Shown here in pieces: positions 1 through 9,807 of a DNA stretch of 32,587 nt (position 1 is the first letter of the stretch; the number at the start of each line of letters is the position of its first letter). The notes under the pieces were generated by a model. It searched no databases, was not told the origin of the DNA, and saw only the letters and a program-made list of their open reading frames with translations. This DNA comes from Bacteroidia bacterium (GTDB lineage: Bacteria; Bacteroidota; Bacteroidia; Flavobacteriales; Flavobacteriaceae). A program made the position numbers and the translations under genes. The DNA is taken from contig JAUICT010000001.1 in the NCBI GenBank assembly GCA_030429325.1, forward strand, positions 1 through 32,587, read 5' to 3'.

Positions 1-524
1 AAAACAAAGCTCTATACTTGATAATGCCTCCAGGGTGGAGCCACATTGGTGAACACCAAACTGCTAAAATTGTTCGAAATAAATTTTTGAATCAACAATA
101 AAACCAACCAACAAGCACCCGATATGGCCACAAGCTAAAACTGCCCACTCACCTACGTACTCATATGGCTATTACAACGAAAAGGGTAACATATACTATT
201 CCATAACCCAACTCAATATTTGTTGTATGGATATCAGGCCTATTCCTACACCGCCTAGCCTTGGTTTGGCCATACGGTAACAGATTTAGATTTATCAGAT
301 GCCATAAACATCTCCTTATCTCTCAAGGGGCTGTTCGTGTCCACTTGTTTCCCCCAATGGCTGACACGAATGGGGATGTGCCAGCTCCAAAAGATATTAC
401 CTCAAATAATATCATGAGTGTTTTTTTAGCCACACGTGGGGGAATATGGCATTGTTTACAGTTATGTTGTTTCTACCCTTCTGTAGTAGCCTTCACGTAG
501 TTTGATACCATCTAAAACTTAAAA

Positions 525-556
525 GAACACCTAAGAAATTTACTTCTTAGGTGCTC
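525..556 (-). terminator. Intrinsic terminator after susD
   Basis: Perfect 10-bp stem CACCTAAGAA (528-537) / TTCTTAGGTG (544-553), followed on the minus strand by TTCTTTT. Lies about 40 nt past the susD stop. Confidence 0.85.
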
Positions 557-593
557 AAACTAAACTCAAAAATAAAATTAACTAACTCAAAAA

Positions 594-2144
594 TCACTCA
601 TCTATTAAAGGGTTGGCCTGTATTTCAGACAGCGGTACCGGGAAATAGGAGTGCTCTGTTGCACGAAACCCGGATCTACCGGCCGCTTGCATGGCTTGAT
701 CCAACATGCCCCAACGTCTTAGGTCAAAAAAGCGTGTGGACTCCAAGGTAAGTTCCATAATACGCTCATGGATGATTTGGTTTCTCACTTCTTCTTGCGT
801 AGAAACCGTGGTTGGTGGCATAAGTCCATGAACTTCCCTGATCTGGTTGATAATAGGTATGGCCTGGGACGTACTTCCTGTCTCATTCAATGCTTCGGCA
901 TACATCAACAATACATCTGCGTAACGCATCAATGTAAGGTTTATACCTATATAACCATTATTCCAAACGTAGTTGGGAAGCCATTTCCTAAAATAGGCAC
1001 TGTTGTCCTTGGCATCTGCACTACCATAGGTGTCCGCTACAAGAACATCCCATGTAAAGCCCTGCATGGCATTGGTATTGGTATCATTGTAATAATCGTC
1101 CTTAAAGTAAAGTGTGCCGTACAAACGATTGTCGTACAATCCATTGCTAGCGACCATTCCCTCAGTCTTCATAACATCGACCAGGGCAATGGATGCTTCA
1201 ATACCACCCCATCCCCCAATGCACCAATCCCCGATAAAGGCATGCAGTCGGTTCGCGTTCCAAGAGGTGGCATCACCACTTTTAAATTGTAGTTCAAACA
1301 CGGCCTCTTGGTTGTTTTCGTTTTCCCCGTTAAAGTTGCCTACAAAATCAGGGAACAAACTATAGATACCGCTATCGACTACCTGTTTAAGTGCGGTTAC
1401 TGCATTGTCCATATCCGAAGTTTCAGCCGAAGAAGGGTCACCGGCCTTATGCAAATAGGCCTTGCCCAAGTATGCCAATGCTGCGCCTTTTGTGGCTCGC
1501 CCTGTATCTGCATCGGCCCGTGTGGTTGGCAAATTGGATGCGGCTTCTTGAAAATCCTGCAAAACTGCCTGCCAAGCTTCTGGGCGTGTGGAAAGCGGGC
1601 TATCCAAATTCTCTGGACCAAGTTCTTCCATCCGTACTATAATCTGCTCATACAGGCTTAGCAATTTAAAATGATAATACGCTCTCAAAAACTTTGCCTC
1701 TGCAATTATCCTAGTTTTATCTGCTTCTGAAATTTGTTCTGAAGTCATTTCCCCCACTTTGGAAATTACCTGATTGGCAAAATTGAGTCCTTTGTAATTG
1801 GTGGTCCATAAAACGTTCAGAAAGGTATGTCCGTTGGTATAGTTGAAATTAAAAATGGACATCCAATGGGCGTAATTTGATGCATCTGGTCCGGGCAAGG
1901 CATAATCTGAGCGGAAGTATTCCACCACAGGCCTTCCTTCTTGCCATCCATCCCAAAAATTACTGCGCGATTCCAGTTCCGAATAGGCTGCCACCAAACC
2001 GGATTCTGCATCTTCAACATTTCTCCAAAACGATGAAGAAGTCAACTGATCTGGAGATTGTTGCTCCAAAAATTCATCGTCATCACAGGAAATTAGCGCA
2101 AACATGAACATGCCTGCTAAAAATATTTGACCTATATTTTTCAT
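594..2144 (-). CDS. susD: RagB/SusD family nutrient-binding outer-membrane lipoprotein
   Basis: 516 aa with lipobox FALISC and SusD motifs AEAKFLRAYYHF, GRATKGAA, MRYADVLLMYAEA, ERIMELTLE..RFFDLRRWG. Directly downstream of susC. Confidence 0.95.
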   Translation of the reverse strand: MKNIGQIFLAGMFMFALISCDDDEFLEQQSPDQLTSSSFWRNVEDAESGLVAAYSELESRSNFWDGWQEGRPVVEYFRSDYALPGPDASNYAHWMSIFNFNYTNGHTFLNVLWTTNYKGLNFANQVISKVGEMTSEQISEADKTRIIAEAKFLRAYYHFKLLSLYEQIIVRMEELGPENLDSPLSTRPEAWQAVLQDFQEAASNLPTTRADADTGRATKGAALAYLGKAYLHKAGDPSSAETSDMDNAVTALKQVVDSGIYSLFPDFVGNFNGENENNQEAVFELQFKSGDATSWNANRLHAFIGDWCIGGWGGIEASIALVDVMKTEGMVASNGLYDNRLYGTLYFKDDYYNDTNTNAMQGFTWDVLVADTYGSADAKDNSAYFRKWLPNYVWNNGYIGINLTLMRYADVLLMYAEALNETGSTSQAIPIINQIREVHGLMPPTTVSTQEEVRNQIIHERIMELTLESTRFFDLRRWGMLDQAMQAAGRSGFRATEHSYFPVPLSEIQANPLIDE

Positions 2145-2160
2145 GTCTTATTTTTTTAAA

Positions 2161-5100
2161 TTAAAATTCCAATTGCATTCCGAAGATGAATGACTTGGTC
2201 TTTGGATAAAGATTTAAATCGATACCCCTTGAAAGTATGCTCTGGTTCTGTCCAGAAATACTTGCCCCAACTTCCGGATCCAGACCGCTGTAACTTGTAA
2301 ACGTAAAAAGGTTCTGTCCCGTCATGAAGAATCTTAAGCGATTGATTCCAATATTGTCCACTGTCTTTTTGGGCAATGAATAGCCTAAAGAAATCGTCTT
2401 GATCCTTAAGTAATCCCCGTTTTCCAAGAACCTTGTTGATGCCCTGTTATTTCTGTTCGGGTCTCCCAATACCGCTCTTGGTATATTCGTATTGGGGTTA
2501 TCCTGAGTCCATGCATTAAGTGCAGCTTTCCGGTAGTTTCTCCCAGTATCCATGCTCATCAAACGAAAATCGTTCCCATTGTAGATCTTATTTCCGCCCA
2601 CACCTTGGAAAAATACGTTCACGTCAAACCCTTTATAGTCCGCACTCAGGTTAAGGCTATACTCATAGTCGGGTATGGCAGAACCCTGATAGACCTCATC
2701 ATCTGAATTAATGACCCCGTCTCCGTTTTGGTCCACAAAACGAATGTCGCCTGGAGCTGCTTCTGGCTGAATGGGAGTGCCATCCACGCTGTGTGCATCA
2801 ATCTCTGTCTGGTTCTGGAAAATTCCATCGGCCACAGGCAAGAAATAAGCCCCAGGTTCATAACCAATTTTAGTCTGGTTTACAAAATGGTCCGACCCGA
2901 ACAACAACCCTATACCGTAAATGGTCTGATCCTCATTGCTCAATTTGGTCACCTCGCTGTTTATGGTGGTGAAAGTGGCGAATGCCGAATAATTGAAAGC
3001 GCCGTCCTTATTGGTATAGCCTATCTCAAATTCGAGGCCGCTGTTTTCAAATTCGCCAACATTGACAACTGGGTTGTTTACACCAGCCGCAGGAGATACC
3101 ACCTTGGTGATCAGCAGGTCCTCCGTGGTACTATTGTAGTAATTGATAGCCCCCGTAAGTCTGTTCCCCAATGAAGCAAAATCCAATCCCAAGTTATACG
3201 ATGTGTTGGTTTCCCACTGCAGATTGTCGTTCTGCAACTCTCTGGCAATACTTCCTTGGTAAGAAGTTTGTGGGTTTCCAAAAACATAGCCCCCATCATC
3301 TTGACTTTTACCTTGAGAAATCAATGCAACGTAATCATAGTAGCCCAAAGCACTGTCATTCCCAGCTTGTCCCCAGCTAAAGCGAAGTTTTAGAAAATCA
3401 AATGCGTCTTGATCTTCCATAAAGTTCTCACTGGTCAGTTTCCAGCCCAAAGCAAAGGATGGAAAAACACCATACTTATTGTTGCTGCCGAATTTAGAAC
3501 TTCCGTCCCTACGGATACTGGCCTGAAAGAGGTATTTGTCATCAAAAGCATAGTTTATTCTACCAAACTGCGATGCCAAACTGTACTCGGCATTAGATCC
3601 TTGGGAAAAGAAAGTGCCATCGTTAAAGGCATTGAGTGTCCTAAAATCCGGATCTAATATTTCTGCAGGAACCCGTTCTTCAACAATGGCTCCATCCACT
3701 ACTTCCCGCTGAATCTTATACCCTTCAGCCTGGGTGAAATTCCATTTGTAGGGCTCCCTGATTCTCTGGTAACCTGCCAGGAGCTGAAAATTGTGTTTTT
3801 CGTTGACATCAAAATCGTATTTTAAGGTATATTCTTGGTTATACCTTTTAAATTCGTTATCGTACTCTGATATGAAAGCAAATTCACGGCCTTCTTCTTG
3901 GGCGGCCCTAACCTGAAAAGGTTTGTGGAACGCAAACTCAAACTCATCCCTCACGGAATAGGAAAGATTGGCTCCGGCAACCAGGCCTTTGAACAGTTCG
4001 TAGGACACATTTACGGTTCCCAAAAAGTATTTAGCCTTGTTATATTCCTCTAAAAAGGCATTTTCGCCCACTGGGTTTCTATGATCGGGCAAATCGCCAT
4101 CACGATAACCATAACCAGAGGGTTTGGTGGCATCAAATACAGGAATCAATGGAGAAATGAAATAGGTTTCCCTCAGTGAAAACTTATACGGTTCCCTATA
4201 GGTTTCACTGTAATTCAAGTTGGTCTGTATCTTTAACTTACCTTTGGTAACCCCAAGATTGGCCGTGATTCCTTTTTTGCTGAATCTAGAACCTATAAGA
4301 ATTCCCTCCTCATCGGCATAGTTTCCTGCTACGGAATAATTAAAGTATTCCGAAGCGCCACTGATACGGGCATTCAATAGATTTAAGTATCCGGTTCTAT
4401 GGGTTTCATCCACCCAATCTGTGTCAACATTGGGAGGATTGGTTACATAGGTCGGTATCTCGGAACCGGCATTGGCATACATTTGCTGATGTACTTGGAC
4501 ATAACCATCGGCATCCAACAGCTCCATAATCTCCCTGGAGCTATTGATACTATAGCTGGAATTTATTTCGATTCTTGGTTTTCCGGACTCCCCCTTTTTG
4601 GTGGTGATGATGACCACACCATTGGCGGCCTTGGTTCCGTAAATGGCACCTGAAGCCGCATCCTTGAGCACTTCAATGGATTCAATGTTGATGGGATCCA
4701 AATAATAAGGGTCTGCCTGTACACCATCGATAATATATAGCGGTTGATTGTTTCCAAAACTTCCTACCCCACGGATAAGAACATCTGAAACAGCACCGGG
4801 ACTACCCGAAGATGAGGTTACGGTAACTCCAGAAACCCGGCCTTGAAGCGCATCGGTAGGGTTGGTAACCACTACCTTGTTCAGTTCTTCGCTTTTTACG
4901 GAACTTATGGCTCCGGTCACATCACTTTTTTTCTGGGTTCCGTAGCCAACAATGACCACTTCATCCAATCCTTGGGCATCCTCCTCAAGGGTTACATTGA
5001 TCACGGTTTGGTTCCCTACAGCAATTTCCTTGGTTACAAAGCCTAAATATCGGAATACAAGAACGTCTCCAGATCCTGTGGTTTCAATAACGTAGTTGCC

Positions 5101-5607
5101 ATCGAAATCGGTCTGTGTACCTAAAGTTGGATTACTCTTTAGATTTACTGTAGCCCCAGGCAATGGAGTTCCATAGGCATCCACCACCGTTCCCGACACC
5201 TGTTGTTGCACAATGCTTTCCTTGAATTTTAGATTGTTGGGTGACTTGTTCAATAGAATGGATCCATCCATGGAAATCTGATACCCAATATTGGCAAAAG
5301 CAAGACCTTTGGCCAATAGATCGCCTATTCTGGCCTCTCCCTTTTCCAGTTTTACTTTTGGCGCATCTTCAAAAAGGTCGGATTTGTAGATAAAAGAGTA
5401 ACTGGTTTGCTTTCCAATTAGGTCCAACAATTCTTCAACGGTTACTTCCTTATCGGAATCTATGACAACGGTCCTGTTCTGTGAAAAGCCTATTTCAGTG
5501 GTAAACCCAAAGGCGGTAACGCAAAACAAAAAGATAAAGGACCTCATCATGATGATCAATAATTTTTTCCTATAGGATATAGGAATACCATTACATTTAG
5601 TTTTCAT
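2161..5607 (-). CDS. susC: SusC/RagA TonB-dependent transporter with N-terminal signalling (STN-like) extension, i.e. a TonB-dependent transducer
   Basis: 1148 aa with TQTDFDGNY, LDEVVIVGYGTQKKSDVTGAISSV, IESIEVLKDAASGAIYG..AANGVVIITTKKG, RRDGSSKFG, LQWETN and a C-terminal F. The extra N-terminal domain is typical of FecR-coupled SusC proteins. Confidence 0.96.
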   Translation of the reverse strand: MKTKCNGIPISYRKKLLIIMMRSFIFLFCVTAFGFTTEIGFSQNRTVVIDSDKEVTVEELLDLIGKQTSYSFIYKSDLFEDAPKVKLEKGEARIGDLLAKGLAFANIGYQISMDGSILLNKSPNNLKFKESIVQQQVSGTVVDAYGTPLPGATVNLKSNPTLGTQTDFDGNYVIETTGSGDVLVFRYLGFVTKEIAVGNQTVINVTLEEDAQGLDEVVIVGYGTQKKSDVTGAISSVKSEELNKVVVTNPTDALQGRVSGVTVTSSSGSPGAVSDVLIRGVGSFGNNQPLYIIDGVQADPYYLDPINIESIEVLKDAASGAIYGTKAANGVVIITTKKGESGKPRIEINSSYSINSSREIMELLDADGYVQVHQQMYANAGSEIPTYVTNPPNVDTDWVDETHRTGYLNLLNARISGASEYFNYSVAGNYADEEGILIGSRFSKKGITANLGVTKGKLKIQTNLNYSETYREPYKFSLRETYFISPLIPVFDATKPSGYGYRDGDLPDHRNPVGENAFLEEYNKAKYFLGTVNVSYELFKGLVAGANLSYSVRDEFEFAFHKPFQVRAAQEEGREFAFISEYDNEFKRYNQEYTLKYDFDVNEKHNFQLLAGYQRIREPYKWNFTQAEGYKIQREVVDGAIVEERVPAEILDPDFRTLNAFNDGTFFSQGSNAEYSLASQFGRINYAFDDKYLFQASIRRDGSSKFGSNNKYGVFPSFALGWKLTSENFMEDQDAFDFLKLRFSWGQAGNDSALGYYDYVALISQGKSQDDGGYVFGNPQTSYQGSIARELQNDNLQWETNTSYNLGLDFASLGNRLTGAINYYNSTTEDLLITKVVSPAAGVNNPVVNVGEFENSGLEFEIGYTNKDGAFNYSAFATFTTINSEVTKLSNEDQTIYGIGLLFGSDHFVNQTKIGYEPGAYFLPVADGIFQNQTEIDAHSVDGTPIQPEAAPGDIRFVDQNGDGVINSDDEVYQGSAIPDYEYSLNLSADYKGFDVNVFFQGVGGNKIYNGNDFRLMSMDTGRNYRKAALNAWTQDNPNTNIPRAVLGDPNRNNRASTRFLENGDYLRIKTISLGYSLPKKTVDNIGINRLRFFMTGQNLFTFTSYSGLDPEVGASISGQNQSILSRGIDLNLYPKTKSFIFGMQLEF

Positions 5608-5693
5608 AAATTTGAATGTTAGTTAGTTTGTAATAATTAATTGACTGGGATGAGCGTTTAAATTGTCCAAGTCTAAGCCTCATCCCTTTTTTT
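5607..5693 (+). ncRNA. Putative cis-antisense sRNA (DonS-like) in the fecR-susC spacer
   Basis: Plus-strand -7 element TAAATTTG (5607-5614), then stem GGGATGAG (5647-5654) / CTCATCCC (5679-5686) and a T7 run (5687-5693). This terminator points antisense to the operon. Confidence 0.45.
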
Positions 5694-6816
5694 ACTCCAC
5701 TATAATAGTGTTTCCCTCTGTTGTAAACTTTACTTCATTTGTGTTTTCGATTATTGATAGAATTTTTTCCAATTTTTGGTTACGGTTAAACATCCCATTG
5801 AATTCAATGGCCGCTTTTTCTTGATTTTTTATGTGAATTTCAGCGTTGTACCATCTAGAAATGGCTGCCAAAATTTCATTAAGTGGCATATCCTTAAAAT
5901 TGAAAAGTCCGTCTTTCCAAGCAATTATACTGTTCACATCAGCTTTTGAAATTTGTACGGTACCCAGGAGTGGATCAAACACCGATTGATACCCCGGAGA
6001 GAGTTCTTCTGAATTCCCGCTCTGATGTATGGCAACCCGACCATGTATCAAGGCCGTTGACACTACCGCATCTTCCTTGTAGGCCCTAATATTAAATGCC
6101 GTTCCCAGAACATCTACTTGTTGTCCTTGGGTATTCACCATAAAATGGGTGCCATTGTGAAGGTGGCTTGGGGAAACCTCAAAATAAGCCTCACCATACA
6201 CCAACTCCACTTTTCTGGGTTGGTTGTCCGCAAAGCTTACGGGATACCTAAGCTTACTGTCGGAATTTAACCATACCTTGGTACTATCCGCCAATACCAC
6301 ATAAAATTGACCTCCTCTTGGAATGGTCAGCGTATTGTACTTTAGTTGGGTATTGAGTTTATCCGTATCATTTTTATAAACCAGTTGTTCGCCATTGCTG
6401 TGTACATTATTACGACTGAACGAGCCTCCTTTTTCAAGGGCAATCTCAGTCCCATCTTCCAAGGTCAATGTGGCTTTGTCCGTACCAACCTCAATTTTCT
6501 TTTCCACCACTTGTTGCGCAGGAACCTGCTGTTGTGTTTCTTTCAACCAGAACGGGAAAGACATGAGCAGTAAAATTGCAGCTGCTGCAGCATACTTGAA
6601 GTATGGGCGTTTTTTTCGTTCTTTGGTCAGCTTAGAGCTCAGCTTGGACCAACCCGCATCAATATCTACAGATTCAGGTGATTTTAAATAGCCTTCCTTG
6701 ACCCTTTCAAAATAATTTCGGTGCAATTCAGATTCAGCAATCCATGCATCAAAAATCTTTGTTTCCTCCTTGGAAAGGGAGTTGTTCAACTTCTTAAGTA
6801 TAAGTTTAAATTCCAT
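5692..6816 (-). CDS. fecR: FecR family anti-sigma factor
   Basis: 374 aa with one TM segment (YAAAAAILLLMSF) and motifs LTIPRGGQF.V.LADSTKVWLNSDS.LRYP, GEAYFEV, VLGTAFN, AWKDGLF.F. Lies between the ECF sigma gene and susC. Confidence 0.95.
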   Translation of the reverse strand: MEFKLILKKLNNSLSKEETKIFDAWIAESELHRNYFERVKEGYLKSPESVDIDAGWSKLSSKLTKERKKRPYFKYAAAAAILLLMSFPFWLKETQQQVPAQQVVEKKIEVGTDKATLTLEDGTEIALEKGGSFSRNNVHSNGEQLVYKNDTDKLNTQLKYNTLTIPRGGQFYVVLADSTKVWLNSDSKLRYPVSFADNQPRKVELVYGEAYFEVSPSHLHNGTHFMVNTQGQQVDVLGTAFNIRAYKEDAVVSTALIHGRVAIHQSGNSEELSPGYQSVFDPLLGTVQISKADVNSIIAWKDGLFNFKDMPLNEILAAISRWYNAEIHIKNQEKAAIEFNGMFNRNQKLEKILSIIENTNEVKFTTEGNTIIVE

Positions 6817-6840
6817 TCGATTTGATCGTGTCTCATAAGT

Positions 6841-6870
6841 AAGACAATCAAATCATAAAAAAGGGTGACA
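6841..6870 (-). promoter_or_regulatory. Putative ECF-sigma promoter for fecR-susC-susD
   Basis: Minus strand reads TGTCACCC (6870-6863), a 16-nt spacer, then TGTCTT (6846-6841), about 25 nt upstream of the fecR ATG. This is an ECF-like -35/-10 layout. Confidence 0.55.
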
Positions 6871-6931
6871 AAAAATTGATTAAAATTTAAAAAAGAGGTT
6901 AAAAAAAAGACAAATCAGCAATCCACAAACC

Positions 6932-7504
6932 CTATTTGGTAAGCAAAACAGCAATCACGGTAATCAATTGTTGCGCTATTCTGAGCTTGGCGCGCTTTAG
7001 TTGGGTCTTTACCGTATTTACCGAAATGCCCAATTCTTCCGCGATGTCCACGTACTTGTAGTTTTCTATGTATTTCATGCGAACGATACGCTGCATTTTT
7101 GAAGGTAACATTTCTACAACTTTAAGCACTTGATTGTGAATGATCAATTGATCCTCTTCTGAAAAAACATCCAGTTCATATTCAGTGCTGATCAAATGCT
7201 GAATATCCAAAACCTTGGCACCGTCCGTAATTTTTATGGTTTTAAGGTGGTTCAAACAGCGGTTTCGTACCATGGAGAAGAGATACGAATTAAATGACGT
7301 CTTAATGTCCATTTGGGATGCATTTTCCCACAGACAGATAAACACTTCCTGAACAATATCCTCACTGGTTGATTTTTCAAAAAGATAGCTGTCCGCATAT
7401 TGGACCAAATCTTCATAGGTGTCCTCAAAAAACCGCTTAAAGACAAAATGGTTCTTTCGTTGAATTTCCCGAAAAACTGAAAGAGAATCCAAAACTGTTC
7501 CCAA
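6932..7504 (-). CDS. ECF-type RNA polymerase sigma-70 factor (Bacteroidota expansion family); start codon uncertain (TTG)
   Basis: Region 2 SEDIVQEVFICLWE..SYLFSMVRNRCLN and region 4 Y.DIAEELGISVNTVKTQLKRA. Adjacent to fecR. Confidence 0.93.
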   Translation of the reverse strand: MGTVLDSLSVFREIQRKNHFVFKRFFEDTYEDLVQYADSYLFEKSTSEDIVQEVFICLWENASQMDIKTSFNSYLFSMVRNRCLNHLKTIKITDGAKVLDIQHLISTEYELDVFSEEDQLIIHNQVLKVVEMLPSKMQRIVRMKYIENYKYVDIAEELGISVNTVKTQLKRAKLRIAQQLITVIAVLLTK

Positions 7505-7772
7505 TTTTCATTAGACTACCAAACTAATCATTCAATTCAACCCTCAGTTGAAAAATGATAATTTAACACAAAAACAATACAAATTTTTATGATTTGCAAA
7601 ATTTTTACATCAAAAATCAATAAACCCTGATGATTTTTAATCGGCTCACTACAAAACCATTTTATTTTTTTACCTTGCGGTGTCCATTTTATAGATTTCC
7701 CTTTCTGTACCGAAATTGTGTAAATTGATTGTTGACAGAAATTAATTGTAATTAATCTCTTAATGATCAACA

Positions 7773-9806
7773 ATGGGCTTTGTTTCTAATTTATTCTGCC
7801 GCTGCACTACCCTACTCTTGGGCTTGGTTTTGATTTTTGCATTAGGGTGTGAAAGCAATCCCAAAACAACCAACCCAAATAACAGCACACTACGCTACTC
7901 AAAAAACATATTGGATTTTACAGGAAATCCAGATGACCCGGGTTCAAGGGATATGCTCATGTTCTCGGACCAAGGTGCTTGGTTTGCCTATGGATTGCCA
8001 ACTGCTACGACGAGTAACTTAGGATTTACCGGGCCCTTTTTAATGACACAACAGAATGGTGTTTGGTCCGGAAATTCTCTGGCACAATTAGAGATTATTT
8101 TATCAGATGGCAGTAGTTGGAATCCAACTGAAACCATCCAGAATAGCTATGCCAGCCATTTAGAACAGAAATATGAAGGTGAGGTGCTTTCGGTTACCCA
8201 AAAACTGGTATACCTTTCACCCCATACCGCAATTCAACAAACTGTATTGACCAACGTGTCTCAAAAACCGATAACGATTGCCTTGCAGTATTCTGGCAAG
8301 CTTTTTTCCAATGGAATCAAACTCATTCATAATGATGAAGGCCTTAAATTGGTCTCGGACCATACCAATGCAAAAGGCCATATACGGTTTTTGAATGCCA
8401 AGACTGCAATAAAACAGGTAGATCGTTTACATTACACTACTGCTGAACAACATCTGACATTGGCGCCCAACACTTCAAAAGAATCATTGGTGGCACAAAG
8501 CTTTATCTTTCCAGAGTACGATTGGTCAAAGGAAAGAGACCGAATGGTCACGGTAAATTTTGATACCGTCCTTAAAAAACGTATCCATGAAAAGGAACAC
8601 CAATTAAGCACTTTACTGCAAAGTGCAGACACAAAATTCAAGGATGATCGATATGCCGAGGTCTTGGCAAAAACCCTGCTGACCCTACAGAACAATTGGC
8701 GAGTAGCTGCTGGCGAATTAAAACACCAAGGGCTGTTTCCTAGTTACCATTATGGATGGTTCCACGGTTTCTGGTCCTGGGATTCTTGGAAACATGCAGT
8801 AGGGCTTTCCTATTTCAATACGGATTTGGCCAAAGAACAAATAAAAGCCATGTATGACTTTCAACTGGACGATGGTTTTATTGTAGATTGTGTATATCGT
8901 GATACCACAATTGAACCACACAACTTAAGGGACACCAAACCACCCCTGTCTGCTTGGGCCGTGCACAAGGTTTTTGAAAAAGACCCGGATGAGGAATTTT
9001 TGAAGGAAATGTATCCCAAACTAAAGAAATACCATCAATGGTGGTATGCCAAAAGGGATCATGACCAAGACGGTATTTGCGAATATGGTTCTACGGATGG
9101 TACGGTACTGGCGGCAAAATGGGAAAGTGGTATGGATAATGCCATTCGATTTGATGCTACCCAAATGGTCAAAAATGGTGAGGGCGCATATTCCATGAAT
9201 CAAGAAAGTGTGGATCTTAACGCCTACCTGTATGCGGAGAAGATGTACCTAGCTGAATTGGCAAAAGCTATAGGCATACCATCCGATCATGAAACTTATA
9301 TGACCGAAGCAGAAGTGTTAAAATCCAAAATTCAAAAGCAATTTTATAATGAAGTGGATGGCTGGTTTTATGATACGGACCTATCCGGAAAAAACTTCAT
9401 ACAAGGAGCGGGTAGCGAGGGTTGGATTCCCCTTTGGGCCAAAGTTGCTACCCAGGCCCAAGCCACCACCATAAAAAACAAGATGATGGATCCAGAAAAG
9501 TTCTACGTCAAGGTGCCTTTTCAAACCATGGCAAAAGATCATCCAAAGTTTGATCCCCTAAACGGGTATTGGAGAGGGCCCAATTGGTTAGATCAGTCCT
9601 ATTTTGGCGTAAAAGGATTAAAAAATTATGGTTTTGAAGCGGAGGCACACAAGGCAACCGTACAAATCTTGGAAGGTGCACAAGGAGTCATGGAAAAAGG
9701 AGTCTCCATTCGAGAAAACTACCATCCCTTGACCGGGAAAGGGCTGTATGCCAAAAATTTTAGTTGGAGTGCGGCCCATATCATCATGTTGTTAATGAAA
9801 GAATAA
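7773..9806 (+). CDS. ygjK: GH63 alpha-glucosidase, YgjK-like lipoprotein
   Basis: 677 aa with lipobox FALGC. Motifs SDQGAW, WSWDSWKHA, TKPPLSAW, WWYAKRDHDQDGICEYG, WESGMDNA, QESVD, YWRGPNWLDQ and ENYHPLTG..NFSWSAAH parallel, in order, those I recall for E. coli YgjK. Confidence 0.85.
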   Translation: MGFVSNLFCRCTTLLLGLVLIFALGCESNPKTTNPNNSTLRYSKNILDFTGNPDDPGSRDMLMFSDQGAWFAYGLPTATTSNLGFTGPFLMTQQNGVWSGNSLAQLEIILSDGSSWNPTETIQNSYASHLEQKYEGEVLSVTQKLVYLSPHTAIQQTVLTNVSQKPITIALQYSGKLFSNGIKLIHNDEGLKLVSDHTNAKGHIRFLNAKTAIKQVDRLHYTTAEQHLTLAPNTSKESLVAQSFIFPEYDWSKERDRMVTVNFDTVLKKRIHEKEHQLSTLLQSADTKFKDDRYAEVLAKTLLTLQNNWRVAAGELKHQGLFPSYHYGWFHGFWSWDSWKHAVGLSYFNTDLAKEQIKAMYDFQLDDGFIVDCVYRDTTIEPHNLRDTKPPLSAWAVHKVFEKDPDEEFLKEMYPKLKKYHQWWYAKRDHDQDGICEYGSTDGTVLAAKWESGMDNAIRFDATQMVKNGEGAYSMNQESVDLNAYLYAEKMYLAELAKAIGIPSDHETYMTEAEVLKSKIQKQFYNEVDGWFYDTDLSGKNFIQGAGSEGWIPLWAKVATQAQATTIKNKMMDPEKFYVKVPFQTMAKDHPKFDPLNGYWRGPNWLDQSYFGVKGLKNYGFEAEAHKATVQILEGAQGVMEKGVSIRENYHPLTGKGLYAKNFSWSAAHIIMLLMKE

Positions 9807-9807
9807 A

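Noticed and set aside
1-520. ORF 261..500 (+) and other short frames in the first 500 nt
   Set aside because: TTG start, no recognisable motifs, and stops in the other frames I translated. I cannot assign a gene or RNA here.
7505-7772. ECF-type promoter for the GH63 operon, and ORF 7537..7773 (-)
   Set aside because: No convincing copy of the TGTCACCC..TGTC motif found, so co-regulation with susCD is not shown by sequence. The ORF is AT-rich intergenic DNA without motifs.
7773-9806. Trehalase (GH37) annotation for the GH63-like gene
   Set aside because: The (alpha/alpha)6 fold is shared, but the motif series and N-terminal domain follow YgjK-type GH63 as I recall it.
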